Under the pieces are notes generated by a model that was not told the origin of the DNA, ran no database searches, and worked only from the letters and a program-made list of their open reading frames with translations. Source: Hydrolagus colliei (lineage: Eukaryota). Taken from it: a stretch of DNA of 64,000 nt. The stretch covers positions 23,374,001 through 23,438,000 of the forward strand of contig CM068747.1 in assembly GCA_035084275.1 (NCBI GenBank). The letters are read 5' to 3'. Positions within the stretch are counted from its first letter, which is position 1, and the number at the start of each line of letters is the position of its first letter. The translations under genes were made by a program, and so were the position numbers. Below, piece after piece: positions 1-11,989 of the stretch.

Positions 1-420
1 CCCTGACCCACCCACCCAACCATTCCTGGGCGAGCCTTCAGTCATTCTGCTCCCAACCTCTGGAACTCCATCCCAAAGTTCCTCTGCCTCGCACCCTCCC
101 TGGCCTCCTTCAAGTCTCGCCTCAAGACTCTCCTCTTCGATGGTCTCATTGGCAACTCCTCCTCCCCACCCCCTCCCCCCCACCACCCCCCACCACTAGC
201 TCGAGTCAGAAGCAGTAACCTGTCCAGTGCCTTGGGACATCCTCCTGACGTGAAAGGTACTGTACAAATGTAATTTTGTTGTTGTTGTTGTTGTTGCTTA
301 CTTTCATCTCCACTCTCCCTCTCCCCCTGGCTCGGAGTCAAACTTAGCCACTATTAAGCGCTCTGGGTCACTGACCCACGCATAGGGCGCTATATGAATG
401 CAAATTGTGTTGTTGTTGTT
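1..420 (+). mobile_element. L2-type LINE 3' end (to ~296) followed by a second 3'-tail fragment (~350-420)
   Basis: ORF2-end motif ctctggaactccatccc...ttcaagtctcgcctcaagac, then ccttgggacatcctcctgacgtgaaagg...aaatgtaatt(ttg)n; homologous to the copy at 30586-31547. Confidence 0.75.
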
Positions 421-460
421 ACTGCAGGAAACCCATATTATTAATGTAATTCATTTACAG

Positions 461-760
461 ATCCACCTTGGCCTCCTGGAAAACCTACCATTAAAGATGT
501 CAGGAAGACAACAGCATTCCTACAGTGGACCAAACCAGAACATGATGGTGGAGCAAAGATTGAGTCTTATATTATCGAGTTGTTGAAGAGTGGAACAGAA
601 GACTGGGTCAGAGTAGCTGAGGGTATTCCTATGACTGAATATTTCCTGAAAGGTCTTATGGAGAAACAAGAATACTCATTCCGCATTAGAGCTGTCAACA
701 AAGCTGGTGAAAGCGAGCCAAGTGAACCCAGTGATCCCATCCTGTGCAAAGACAGACTGA
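461..760 (+). CDS. TTN: Titin exon (~human 265), I/A-junction Fn3
   Basis: tttacag|ATCCACC...CTGA|gtaag; 300 bp. Confidence 0.93.
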
Positions 761-3700
761 GTAAGGAGCTATTTGTAATGGATAAATAATTAAAGTCTGA
801 AGTTGGAAATATTTGAGATGTGCTAACGTTGTTGCTTCTGCACACACAGATCCTCCCTCACCTCCTCGTTGGCTGGAAGTCATTAATATCACAAAGAATA
901 CCGCAGACCTTAAGTGGACACCGCCAGAGAAGGACGGTGGTTCTCCGATTACAAATTATATTGTGGAGAAGAGAGATGTGAGACGAAAGGGTTGGCAGAC
1001 TGTTGACACCACAGTGAAAGACATTAAATATACAGTAACACCCCTTTCTGAGGGTTCACTCTATGTCTTCCGTGTTGCTGCAGAAAATGCAGTTGGACAG
1101 AGCGATTACTGTGAATTGGAAGATTCGGTCCTGGCTAAAGACACGTACAGTAAGTTTGAAACCGTGTATTGCTCGCTGGATTTTAATGCTATTTCAAATA
1201 ACTCTCAAAGTTTATATCATTCTGTCGATCTAACATACGTATTTTGATTTTTTTCCATAGCTACTCCTGGACCACCTTACGCACTTACAGTGTTGGACGT
1301 AACCAAGAGACATGTTGAACTGAAATGGGAGGCTCCTAAAAACGATGGTGGAAGGCCAATTCTGAGGTGATTATAGTCTTCTTTGTTAACCTAATTCACT
1401 TTAGTACCAATACAGATGATATGTTTTAAACTACAGTATATCCTGTGGAATGCTTTGAGATGTCTAAATTATGTGATAAGGCACTATATCAACTGCAAGG
1501 CTTATTACTATTATTATTAACATGTCGATTAATGACTTTTATCGAATATTTATCCAGGTACGTCATTGAAAAGAAAGAGAAATTAGGAAATCGCTGGGTT
1601 AAAGCTGGTAAAACATCAGGACCAGAATGTAACTATAGAGTCACTGATGTAATTGAGGGCACTGAAGTACAATTCCAAGTCCGCGCTGAAAATGAAGCAG
1701 GATGTGGACATCCAAGTGAACCTACAGACATGCTCTTAATCGAAGATCCAACAAGTAAGTAGGAATGTTTTCACAATGCAAGAATGTGACTTGCTTCGAA
1801 ATGCAAGAGTTTAAGAGAAAAGCATTCAATGTTTAAACCAAACTCTTTGTGTATCTAGGTGCTCCATCCCCTCCTCTTGAGCTACATGTGACAGACGCAA
1901 GCAGAGGCCACATTTCCGTTGCTTGGAAGGCACCTGAGAAAAATGGTGGCAGTCCAATTCTTGGCTACCATATTGAAATTTGTGAGGCAGGAACCGACAA
2001 GTGGATGAAGATTAATTCTCGGCCAGTGAAGGACCTGAAATATAAAGCGGAAGAAGGCATCAAACCTGATAGAGAATATGTCGTAAGAGTTCGGGCTGTC
2101 AATGCCATCGGAGCAAGTGAACCATCAGACATATCTGAAAACGTTTTTGCAAAGGATCCTGACTGTAAGAACCTCCTTTATATTTTAAGACAAGCCCCCC
2201 CACTCCCCAATGGTAAAGCTAAAACACCAATTCTTCCCTTGAAAAAATGAAGCTGTGCAAAGTTGTCTCGCGTTATGAGATGTAATGATTATTCTTTATT
2301 TTAACAGGCAACCCAACTATTGAAGTCAAATCGCAGGACGTCATCGTCGTGGAGGGTGAACGGTTGAACGTGCCTTTACCTTTCAGAGCTGTTCCAGCAC
2401 CAACTGTGTCGTGGCATAAAAACGGAAAGGAACTCAAAGCAGATGATAGAATCACTATGAAGAGTGATTATATCAGTGCGTGCCTTGAGATAGCTCGCAG
2501 CGTCCATGCTGACGCTGGAGTCTACACAATTACTTTGGAAAACAAGCTGGGTTCCACCACCGGTACCATCAAAGTAAAAGTCATTGGTAAGCGCCTGAAA
2601 TTAAATCATGGGGAGAATTCATTCAATTCAACAATTATCTCGGTGTGACAAACACTTGACGAATCTTCAACTTATCTTTTGCACTTCAATTTCTTTCAAT
2701 CAAGGTTTGCCCGGCCAGTGTAAAAATATTGGGGCAAGTGAAATCACTAAGAATTCTTGCAAAATAACCTGGGATCCTCCAGACAATGATGGTGGCAGTC
2801 CCGTTTTGCACTATGTGCTTGAACGTCGCGAGTCTGGTAGAAGAACGTATATGCCAGTCATGTCTGGTGAGAACAAACTCAGTTGGTCCTTGAAAGATCT
2901 CATTCCAAATGGTGAATATTACTTCCGTGTAAAGGCTGTGAACAAGATAGGTGGAGGTGAATACACTGAGCTTCGCAACCCAGTTATTGCTGAAGATCCA
3001 AAGCGTAAGTTTTTTTCAAAAAACTTTTCATCAGTTAAGTGGCACCTGCACATTTAGCATTGCGATCATTGCCACCCATTATATCATTGTAACTTGCAAA
3101 TGAATGTATTTATCATTGTAAATTGGCTGCCGTGTTCACTCGCAAAATGCGCAGTCACTACACTTTACAGCATGGTCTCCCTGTAACTCACTTTGGGGCA
3201 TTCTCTTGATGTGAAAGACGCTAAATCAACAACAACAACAAAATTACATTTATGAGCGTCTTTCACGTCGGGAGGACGTTTCAAGGTGTTGAACAGTCCG
3301 GGGTCGGGACCCAAGCATGGGGAAGTTGCAGAGTAGGGGGAAGGGAAGGGAAGGGAAGGGAAGGGAAGGGAGAGAGGTGTGAGGGTGGAAAAATGCATAA
3401 TCGAAAAGGAGAAACTTGAGATCCACCTTCAAAGAGGCACGGGAGCAAGTGAGGCGAAGGGACTGTGGTATGGATCTCCAGAGTAGGGGCAGAGAGACTG
3501 AAAGCCCAGCCACTGATGGTAAGGCGGATCGGACGGGAGACATGGAGCAGACCAAAGCCCACTGAATGGAGGGGGCAGGCAGGTTGGTAGAGTCAGCAGG
3601 TCGGAGTGATAGGAAGGGCAAGGCCGTGGATAGCCTTGAAAGTGAGGATGAGGATCTTGAATTCAATCCTCTGGGAGATGGGGAGCCAATGGAGCCAGGC

Positions 3701-6700
3701 GAGGGTGGGAATGATGGAATTGTGGTGCCTGGTGTGGGAGAGGATACAAGCTGCACAGTTTTGGATAATCTGCAGCTTGTGAAGGGAAGGCCAACGGGAA
3801 GGGAGTTTCCATTGTCAAGCCTTGATGTGACGAATGCATGGGTGAGGGTTTCGGCAGCCTGAGGCGTGAGGCAGTGGTGGAGATCAAATGTAAGGATTAT
3901 TACTATAATATATTAGATGGAACTAAATTATTATTTTAATTGGAAAACAGAACGTCCTGATCCACCAATTGATGTCGAGGACCACAATCCAACATCAAAA
4001 TCGATAACACTCACGTGGAAACCACCTCCCTATGATGGAGGCTGCAAAATCATGGGCTACATTATTGAAAAGATCGCCAAGGGAAGTGACAAGTGGGAGA
4101 GGTGCAACGAATACCTGGTGCCTGTTCTGTCTTACACTGTAAAGAATCTCGAGGAAGGAAATGAATATCAGTATAGAGTACGTGCTGAGAACGTAGCTGG
4201 AGTTAGCGAACCTTCAAGACTCACTCTAGGAATCAAAGCTGTGGATCCAGTTGGTGAGCCGCCTTTCATTAGTATGAAATTTGTCAAATGCATCAACCAA
4301 TTCTACATTTCACTAACCAAAGAGCGATACTCATTTCAAGTTTGGATAATTAAAGGGCAGGTTAGTGGCAATGATCTAAAGTTCTAACAATACTTTCATT
4401 TCCTTCACAGAACGACCTAAGGTCTTCCTAAGTGGAAACCTACAGTCTGGGTTAAGTGTCAAAAGAGGAGATCAGATTAGCCTAAACGCTGTTATTTCTG
4501 GCTCCCCTTATCCAAGTGTGACATGGCTTAAGGATGATCAAGTGATTCAGCCTGAAGAAATCAAAAAGAGGGAACGGTCAATAATGCCAGTCAAGAAGAA
4601 ACAGGAAGTTGTAGAAGAAGAACCATTCTTTCTCAGTCTACCCGAACGTTTAAGCCTTGACAATAGCAGAGAAGGAGAGTCCTATATAATGGTCCGCGAT
4701 TCCTTGAGACAGGACCATGGCAAATTTATGATCAAAGTAGAAAATGATCATGGTGTAGCCAAGGCCACTTGTCAAGTAAATGTGCTAGGTAAGCAGTTTC
4801 ATAATTACTTCCGAAGGAAATAATTGCTGTCAGTTGTTAAAATGCAAGGGTCAAATACATGGTAGGTGTATAGTTTTGGTATTACAGTATAACAATCCTA
4901 TGCATTTCCATTGATATTGCAGATACGCCTGGCCCACCAATCAACTTCATCTTTGAGGAAATCAGAAGCGATTCTACCCGTTGTAAATGGGATGCTCCTG
5001 TAGATGATGGAGGCAGTGAAATCCTCAATTATATCTTGGAGAAGAAGGACTACTCTAAGCCTGAAGCTAGTTGGATTACGATATCGTCAACTCTAAGGCA
5101 ACGCAAATACCACATCACTAAACTTATTGAAGGGAAGGAATATCTTTTCCGTGTGGTGGCAGAAAATAAATTCGGCCCAGGACCACCATGTCTCAGCCAG
5201 CCAGTCATCGCCAAAAATCCATTTGGTAAACTTTTCTTTTTCTTTCAAAATAATTGCTACATTTGAAGCCCCTTTTGAATAGTTTCCAGTGTACTACAGT
5301 ATTATGAATTCATCAAAGCATAATGTGGTTACAGAACTGTGTCACGTAACTTTGAAACCTCTTGTTACCCAGTGGTTTGTTATTGGTCACTTATTGCAAT
5401 TGCAGTTGACATATATCTTGTTTATTTTTGCTTTAGAACCTCCCGAGGCACCTGAGAAACCCGAGATAGTGGATACTTCTAGCAACAGCATGACATGTGA
5501 ATGGAAAGAACCAAAAGACAATGGCAGCCCTATCATCGGCTACTGGGTAGAAAGGAAAGAAATTAGCAGTACCCATTGGACCCGAGTGAACAGACAATTA
5601 CTGAACGCTCTCACAATCAAGGCTGAGGGACTTATGGAAGGTTTAACTTATATATTCCGAGTCTGCGCAGAAAATGCAGCTGGTCCTGGAAAATTCAGTC
5701 CTCCCTCAGATCCCAAGATTGCTCAGGACCCTGTCTGTGAGTATGGTCTCAGAAAATAGCTTGTTCGACATTCAAAGGGGCAAAAATTCTGCAAGAACTC
5801 TAGTTCAATTTGGTAAGTGGATTTTTTTTGTTTGTTTCTGTTTTCAGTACCGCCTGGCCCACCGAGACCAAGAATCCTAGATACAACTGAAACAACAATA
5901 GAAATCGAGTGGGATCCTCCAATATACTGCGGTGGTGGCGACATCATCGGGTACCATGTTGACAAGCAAATGATGGGTGGAAAGGAATGGTCACGCTGTA
6001 CAGAAAGGCTAGTCAAGAACCGTACGTTTTCAGTCGGTGGGGTTCGAGAAGGCGCAGATTACAAAGTTCGTGTTGTGGCAGTCAACAATGCTGGAGAAGG
6101 TGCTCCCGGTGAAACCGAAGCTGTAACTGTGATGGATCCAAAAGGTAATAAGAATCGCACGGTCAGTCATAAAGCGGCTTTATGTTTCGCAAACCATTTT
6201 CTACCGATTCACAAAATCATGCTTTATTTTACAGAGCCTCCAGTGGTCGAGTATGACATCTCTGTAAGAGCAGGTGTTCAACATCTGGCCGGTCAAACCA
6301 TTCGACTGCCTGCCACCGTCACAGGCCGACCCCCTCCGGAAATCAAATGGAGCAAGGAAGAAGGCGAACTTGACAAAGAGCGCATTCTTGTTGAAACAGT
6401 TGGCACCAGGACCGAACTGGTCATACAGGACGTGCGAAGATGCGATTATGGAAGATACATAGTTACCGGCACAAACAGCAGTGGCTCAAAATACGCAGTG
6501 ACCAGAGTAGACATTATGGGTAAGGAAAGCAAAAGTGCTCCAAAAAATAAATGTATTTAAAGTGTTGGTGTTTTCCATTTGTACATCGATTCAGTCAAAA
6601 TGATCCCTGTATTTTTCTCTCTCTTTCAGATGTGCCCGGTCCCGTTCTGGACCTGAAACCTGTCGTTGTTACAAGAAAAATGATTTTGCTCAATTGGTCT

Positions 6701-9700
6701 GATCCTGCGGATGATGGTGGCAGTGACATCACCAGTTTTACGATAGAGAGAAAGGATGCCAAGATGCACACCTGGAGACAGCCTATAGAGACTGAGAGAT
6801 CGAAATGTGACATTGTTGGGCTTCTTGAAGGACAGGAATACATGTTCCGTATTATTGCTAAAAATAAGTTTGGTGGTGGTCCCCCTGTTGACCTTGGACC
6901 TATCCTTGCCGTCGACCCACTTGGTAAGCTACAAGGAGAATAAAAAATCAACCTAAATAATATTTGTTGGAGTAACATATGTACTACAACAACAACAATA
7001 AAATTACATTTGTAGAGTGCCTTTCACGTTGGGAGGACATCCCAAGACACTAACCTATTTTTAGGCTCTGATCTAACCTATTTTTAAACGCAAATTGATT
7101 TTGTTTCAGGTCCACCAACTTCACCCGAGAGGTTTATGTACACAGAGAGAACAAAGTCGACAGTCACGCTCGATTGGAAACCTCCTCGAAACGATGGTGG
7201 TAGCCCCATTATCGGATACATTATTGAAAAGAAAAAGCCCGATGCACCTGAATTTGAAAGAGTTAACAAACAGCTATGTAGACCCACAAACTTCCTGGTC
7301 GAAAACCTAGAAGAACTGCACTTGTATGAGTTCCGTGTCAGAGCTGTCAATGAAATGGGGGAAAGTGAACCGTCCCTTCCTCTTAACATAGTAATCCAGG
7401 ACGATGAAGGTAATTGAAATGATATCAATATCTGAGATTTTCAGAGCTGAATATTTAAGTGCATTTTTAACACTTCTTTGCTCGTTCATTTATTTTCCTG
7501 CCAGTGCCTCCGACTGTGAAACTTCTGGTGAAAGTCAAGAGAAACACTATTACTGTGAAAGCGGGTGAACCCATTGAAATCCCAGCTGAGATTGAAGGGC
7601 TTCCCCTGCCCAAGATCGAATGGAAGAAAGGAGAGACTGTAATAGGAGCATCTACTGACCAACTAAAGATGCAAACTGAAGTCCTATCAAGAACTCAAGC
7701 AAAGAGCAAGATTAATATCGCTGTGTCTATCAGAAAGGACACAGAAACATACACTATCACCGGTTCAAACCGTCTCGGGACTGCTCACCAATCTTTGAAC
7801 GTTGTAGTTTTAGGTAAGAAGATGAAACGATTGAAATAAAGATTTGAGAGAATCATGATTTATTCGATGTTTACCAGACAGTAGTTATTTTGTGCTGAGC
7901 TGCCGTTTAATTTAGTCCAAATCTTGTTGATAACTTTAGATAAACCTTCACCGGTAAGAAAGCTCGTAGTGTCCGACATCAAGGCTGAATCCTGCTATTT
8001 GACTTGGGATGCGCCTGAAGACAATGGTGGCAGTGAAATAACAAACTACATTATTGACAAACGAGATGCATCCAAGAAGAAGTCTGAGTGGGAGGAGATC
8101 ACAAATTTCATCATTGAAAGGAGATATGGAGTAAGGATTCTTTCTGATATTGCCGCGTTTCTGCGTTTGTTTAATTGTCATCTGTTTAATCTGCGAAATC
8201 TGCGGAAACACTACTTCAGTGAGCGTGTGGTAAACTTATGGAAAATGTAATTTATTTAAAGAATAAATTAGATAGATTTGTACTATCGAAAATAATACCT
8301 CAGGATACAGTATATAGTTTGGGACATATAGAGTGACTGCCAGGATGGTGGAAGGCAAACTAAATGGACCTTGGTCTTCCTTCGCCGAGAAAATTCTTAT
8401 TTTCTTATTTGTTACCTATCGCCCGGCATGTTTTTTTTTCCGTATTAACAAATGGCTTCATCTTTTTAGGTATGGAAACTGACAACAGATGGAGATTACC
8501 AATTCCGAGTCCGTGCACAGAACAAATACGGAATCAGTGATGATTGCGTTTCTGAAAACGTGACCATCAAAGACCCATTTGGCCTCCCTGGGCCACCCAG
8601 CAAGCCAATGGTGTCAGATGTCACACGAATGACGATGCTTGTGTCTTGGCAACCTCCAGCAAACAACGGCGGTGCTACTATCACAGGCTACTGGCTGGAG
8701 AAGAGAGAGCTGGGTGGGGTGTATTGGTCCCAGGTTAACAGAGCTCCTGTCACTAAACCCACTGTAAAAGGCCTAGAGTTCAATGTCCTCCGCTTGATAG
8801 AAGACGTTGAATATCAATTCAGAGTCATGGCTGTAAATGCTGCTGGAATTGGACCTCCGAGTGAGCCTTCTGATCCTGTCATGGCAGCTGATCCTATATG
8901 TAAGTGCCTGTCAAATCAATAGCAATCCATTTTATATACATCACTGCATTTTAGGCAATTGGACATTAATTAATACATCTATTAAAAACAAATATTTTGA
9001 CAAAATAATCTAGCTGTGCTTCCATCTGCATTTAAAAATATTACATCACAGAAAATATTAAATGCAGTGAAAATATTACATCGAAGATTTATCAAATATT
9101 TCATTTCACATATTGCTTATAAACAAATAATTAATGTGTAGAACCATGAAACAAAATGAGTGAAACTATATATATTTTTTTTAATTTTCTTTTCCCAAGA
9201 TGCTCCCAGTTCTCCATCAGATCTAGAAGTGACTGACAAAACTAACGATACAGTAGCCCTTGCCTGGAAGCGTCCGGAAAAAGATGGTGGCAGCCCAATC
9301 AAAGGCTACATTGTTGAGATGCAAGAAGAAGGCTCGGATGACTGGAAAAATGTGTCTGAGCCGGATAAACTTCTCACCAACTGCGAATACGTGGTGCCCA
9401 ATTTACAGACGCAAAAGAAGTACAGGTTCAGAGTTAAAGCGGTTAATGCAGCTGGCGAATCTGAGCCAAGTTCAACAACAGCAGAAATACTGGTCAAGGA
9501 CCTTCTTGGCAAGTTACCTTTATATTTAGCAGCTAGATTTTCACGCTGCCAGCATTTCATTCTTCTAGCTTTTAACCAGCATCTTTTCTTCCTATTTACA
9601 GAGGAACCAACTCTTTCGTTAGCAATTAATGCACAAGACTTGCTCATTTGCCGTGCTGGTTCCGTTGTGAAAATCCCAGTTAACGTTACTGGTCGTCCTT

Positions 9701-11949
9701 TTCCAAAGCTTAACTGGGAGTTTGAAGGACAGGCTAAGACTGCCCTGAAGGTATAAAATATTTCAACTGTATTTATGTATGGATGTCCTTTCGATGTGAA
9801 CGACGCTATGCAAATGTAAATTTGTGCTGCATTGCATCGAACTGCTGAGGATTTTACTTGATCTGTATTTAGATTCATAATAATAATCCTTGCGTTTGAC
9901 TCAAAGAGCTTCACAGAATTTACTGTAAAGTGAATTGACGGTATATTTTGTGAGTGAAACCCCTATATACCACTATATTACATTGTCACATATATAATAT
10001 TGAAAAACTTTTGTTTAACGAATGAACATGCAACATCCAGAGGATTTCCTGTAGCGCCAGTCTAGTTGTTTTAGCTTCAGTTTAAGCAACATAGTTTAAT
10101 GCTGGCTTGTCTCACTTGTCTCATTATAATTAAGCCAGCCCAAGATAGAGCAAGAGATTTAAAAGAGTGAACATAAAGCTTAAATAAAGTTGCTTCTTCA
10201 TTAAAAGTACAACATCTTAAAAGGATTTGTAGCACGAGAAGATAAGAAAATTTAGAGAAAGACTTATTCGGTCAACACACCAGCACTTTCCACAGACCAC
10301 CCAACCTTTTGCGGATTTTATGCCACTCATTTACATTCTGAATGGAAAGATCTGTAGAAATACCTTTTCAGAGGTAATGCCAGAATATTCATCCACTCTC
10401 ATTTCACCAAGTCATCTTCAAGCCAGACCTGATGTCCTGAAAATTTGTTTATAAAATATTAAATATAAATTAAAATATGATTGACGAAGGACAATGTGAG
10501 TCTTGAATGTGATTTCTCACTAAAATTGCAAATAACGAAAAGCAAGACATGTAACTCTGAATTTAATTTGTACCCTACAGACCACGTTTATTCTTTATCT
10601 GTGTAGAACAAGAATTTCCATTTCTACACTAAATTCAGTAATAGTCCAATACAAATGACCTTGCACTCAATCAGTATTGTTTCGAACGATTGGTTATTTT
10701 TAGTAAATAATTATTTATTTTGTTTTTGTCCAGGATGAGATCCACAACTTACCAGCTGATGCAGAGGTAATAATGTTATATTTTTATTACTATAATACTT
10801 CATAATTTAATTTTAAAAGAGAATTAGATTTTTATTTAGGAAGAACAGGTCTGTTACGTTATGAGGAGAGAGCGGGGCAGTGGGATTGAGTTGCTCTTTT
10901 CAAAGAGCCGGCACAGACTAGATGGGCCGATTGGCCTCCTTTTGTGCAGTAAGATTTTATGATTCTATGACAATTACTGTAAATACCCGCGTATAAGGCG
11001 CACTCGCGTATAAGGCCCCCCACCCCACTTTTGACCTTTTATTGGTGAGAAAACAAACGGAAGCATTTTCGATGATATTGTCGGCAGAATAGAGGGAGGC
11101 AGGAGAGACAGGTAGGTCGGGTGNNNNNNNNNNNNNNNNNNNNNNNNNNNNNNNNNNNNNNNNNNNNNNNNNNNNNNNNNNNNNNNNNNNNNNNNNNNNN
11201 NNNNNNNNNNNNNNNNNNNNNNNNNNNNNNNNNNNNNNNNNNNNNNNNNNNNNNNNNNNNNNNNNNNNNNNNNNNNNNNNNNNNNNNNNNNNNNNNNNNN
11301 NNNNNNNNNNNNNNNNNNNNNNNNNNNNNNNNNNNNNNNNNNNNNNNNNNNNNNNNNGAGGTAGGCAGGTAGGAGAGGGAGGGAGGGAGGGAGGGAGGCA
11401 GGAGAGAGAGGGAGGCAAGCAGGGAGGGAGGCAGGAGAGAGAGGGAGGCAGGCAGGCAGGGAGAGAGGGAGGGAGGCAGGCGAGGGAGGGAGGGAGGGAG
11501 GGAGGGAGGCAGACTGGGTTTGGCAGAAGGCAGGCACAGCACTGAAGTCCTCTGCTGCTGCCACTGCCCGGGCGGCCGAGGCCGAAGCCCCATCACCCGC
11601 TCCCCCCCAGCCCCCGCCGGACACAGTGTCCAAAGCCCGGCTGACAGCGCGCTGGCCGGCCCTCCTCATTTCCGATGCTCAAAATTTCTTGTACCTGCGT
11701 GTAGGGCGCACCCCCAACTTTCGAGATCTTCCGACATGAAAAAAAGTGAGCCTTATACGTGGGTATTTACGGTAATAATATTCCTTGAATTTGAGTCATC
11801 ATCTTCCAGACGTCTCAAAGTGTTTTACAGGATATACTTTAAAGTGTGCATTTTATGAGTGAAATGCCCTATATACTGCTGTACTAGATTACATTGTCAC
11901 ATTTTTCATGTTGAGAAACCTTTTTGTTTAACGAATGAGTATCATGGGT

Positions 11950-11989
<40 letters not shown>

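Noticed and set aside
3165-3887. Overlapping ORFs on both strands
   Set aside because: Decayed GC-rich L2 fragment plus microsatellite.
6145-6234. 90-nt in-frame stop-free intron as a coding linker
   Set aside because: Canonical donor and acceptor at a domain boundary; a few such cases are expected among 77 short introns.
10957-11858. Pro/Leu/Ser-rich ORFs
   Set aside because: Artefacts of the N gap and GGGA/GGCA low complexity inside the MITE.
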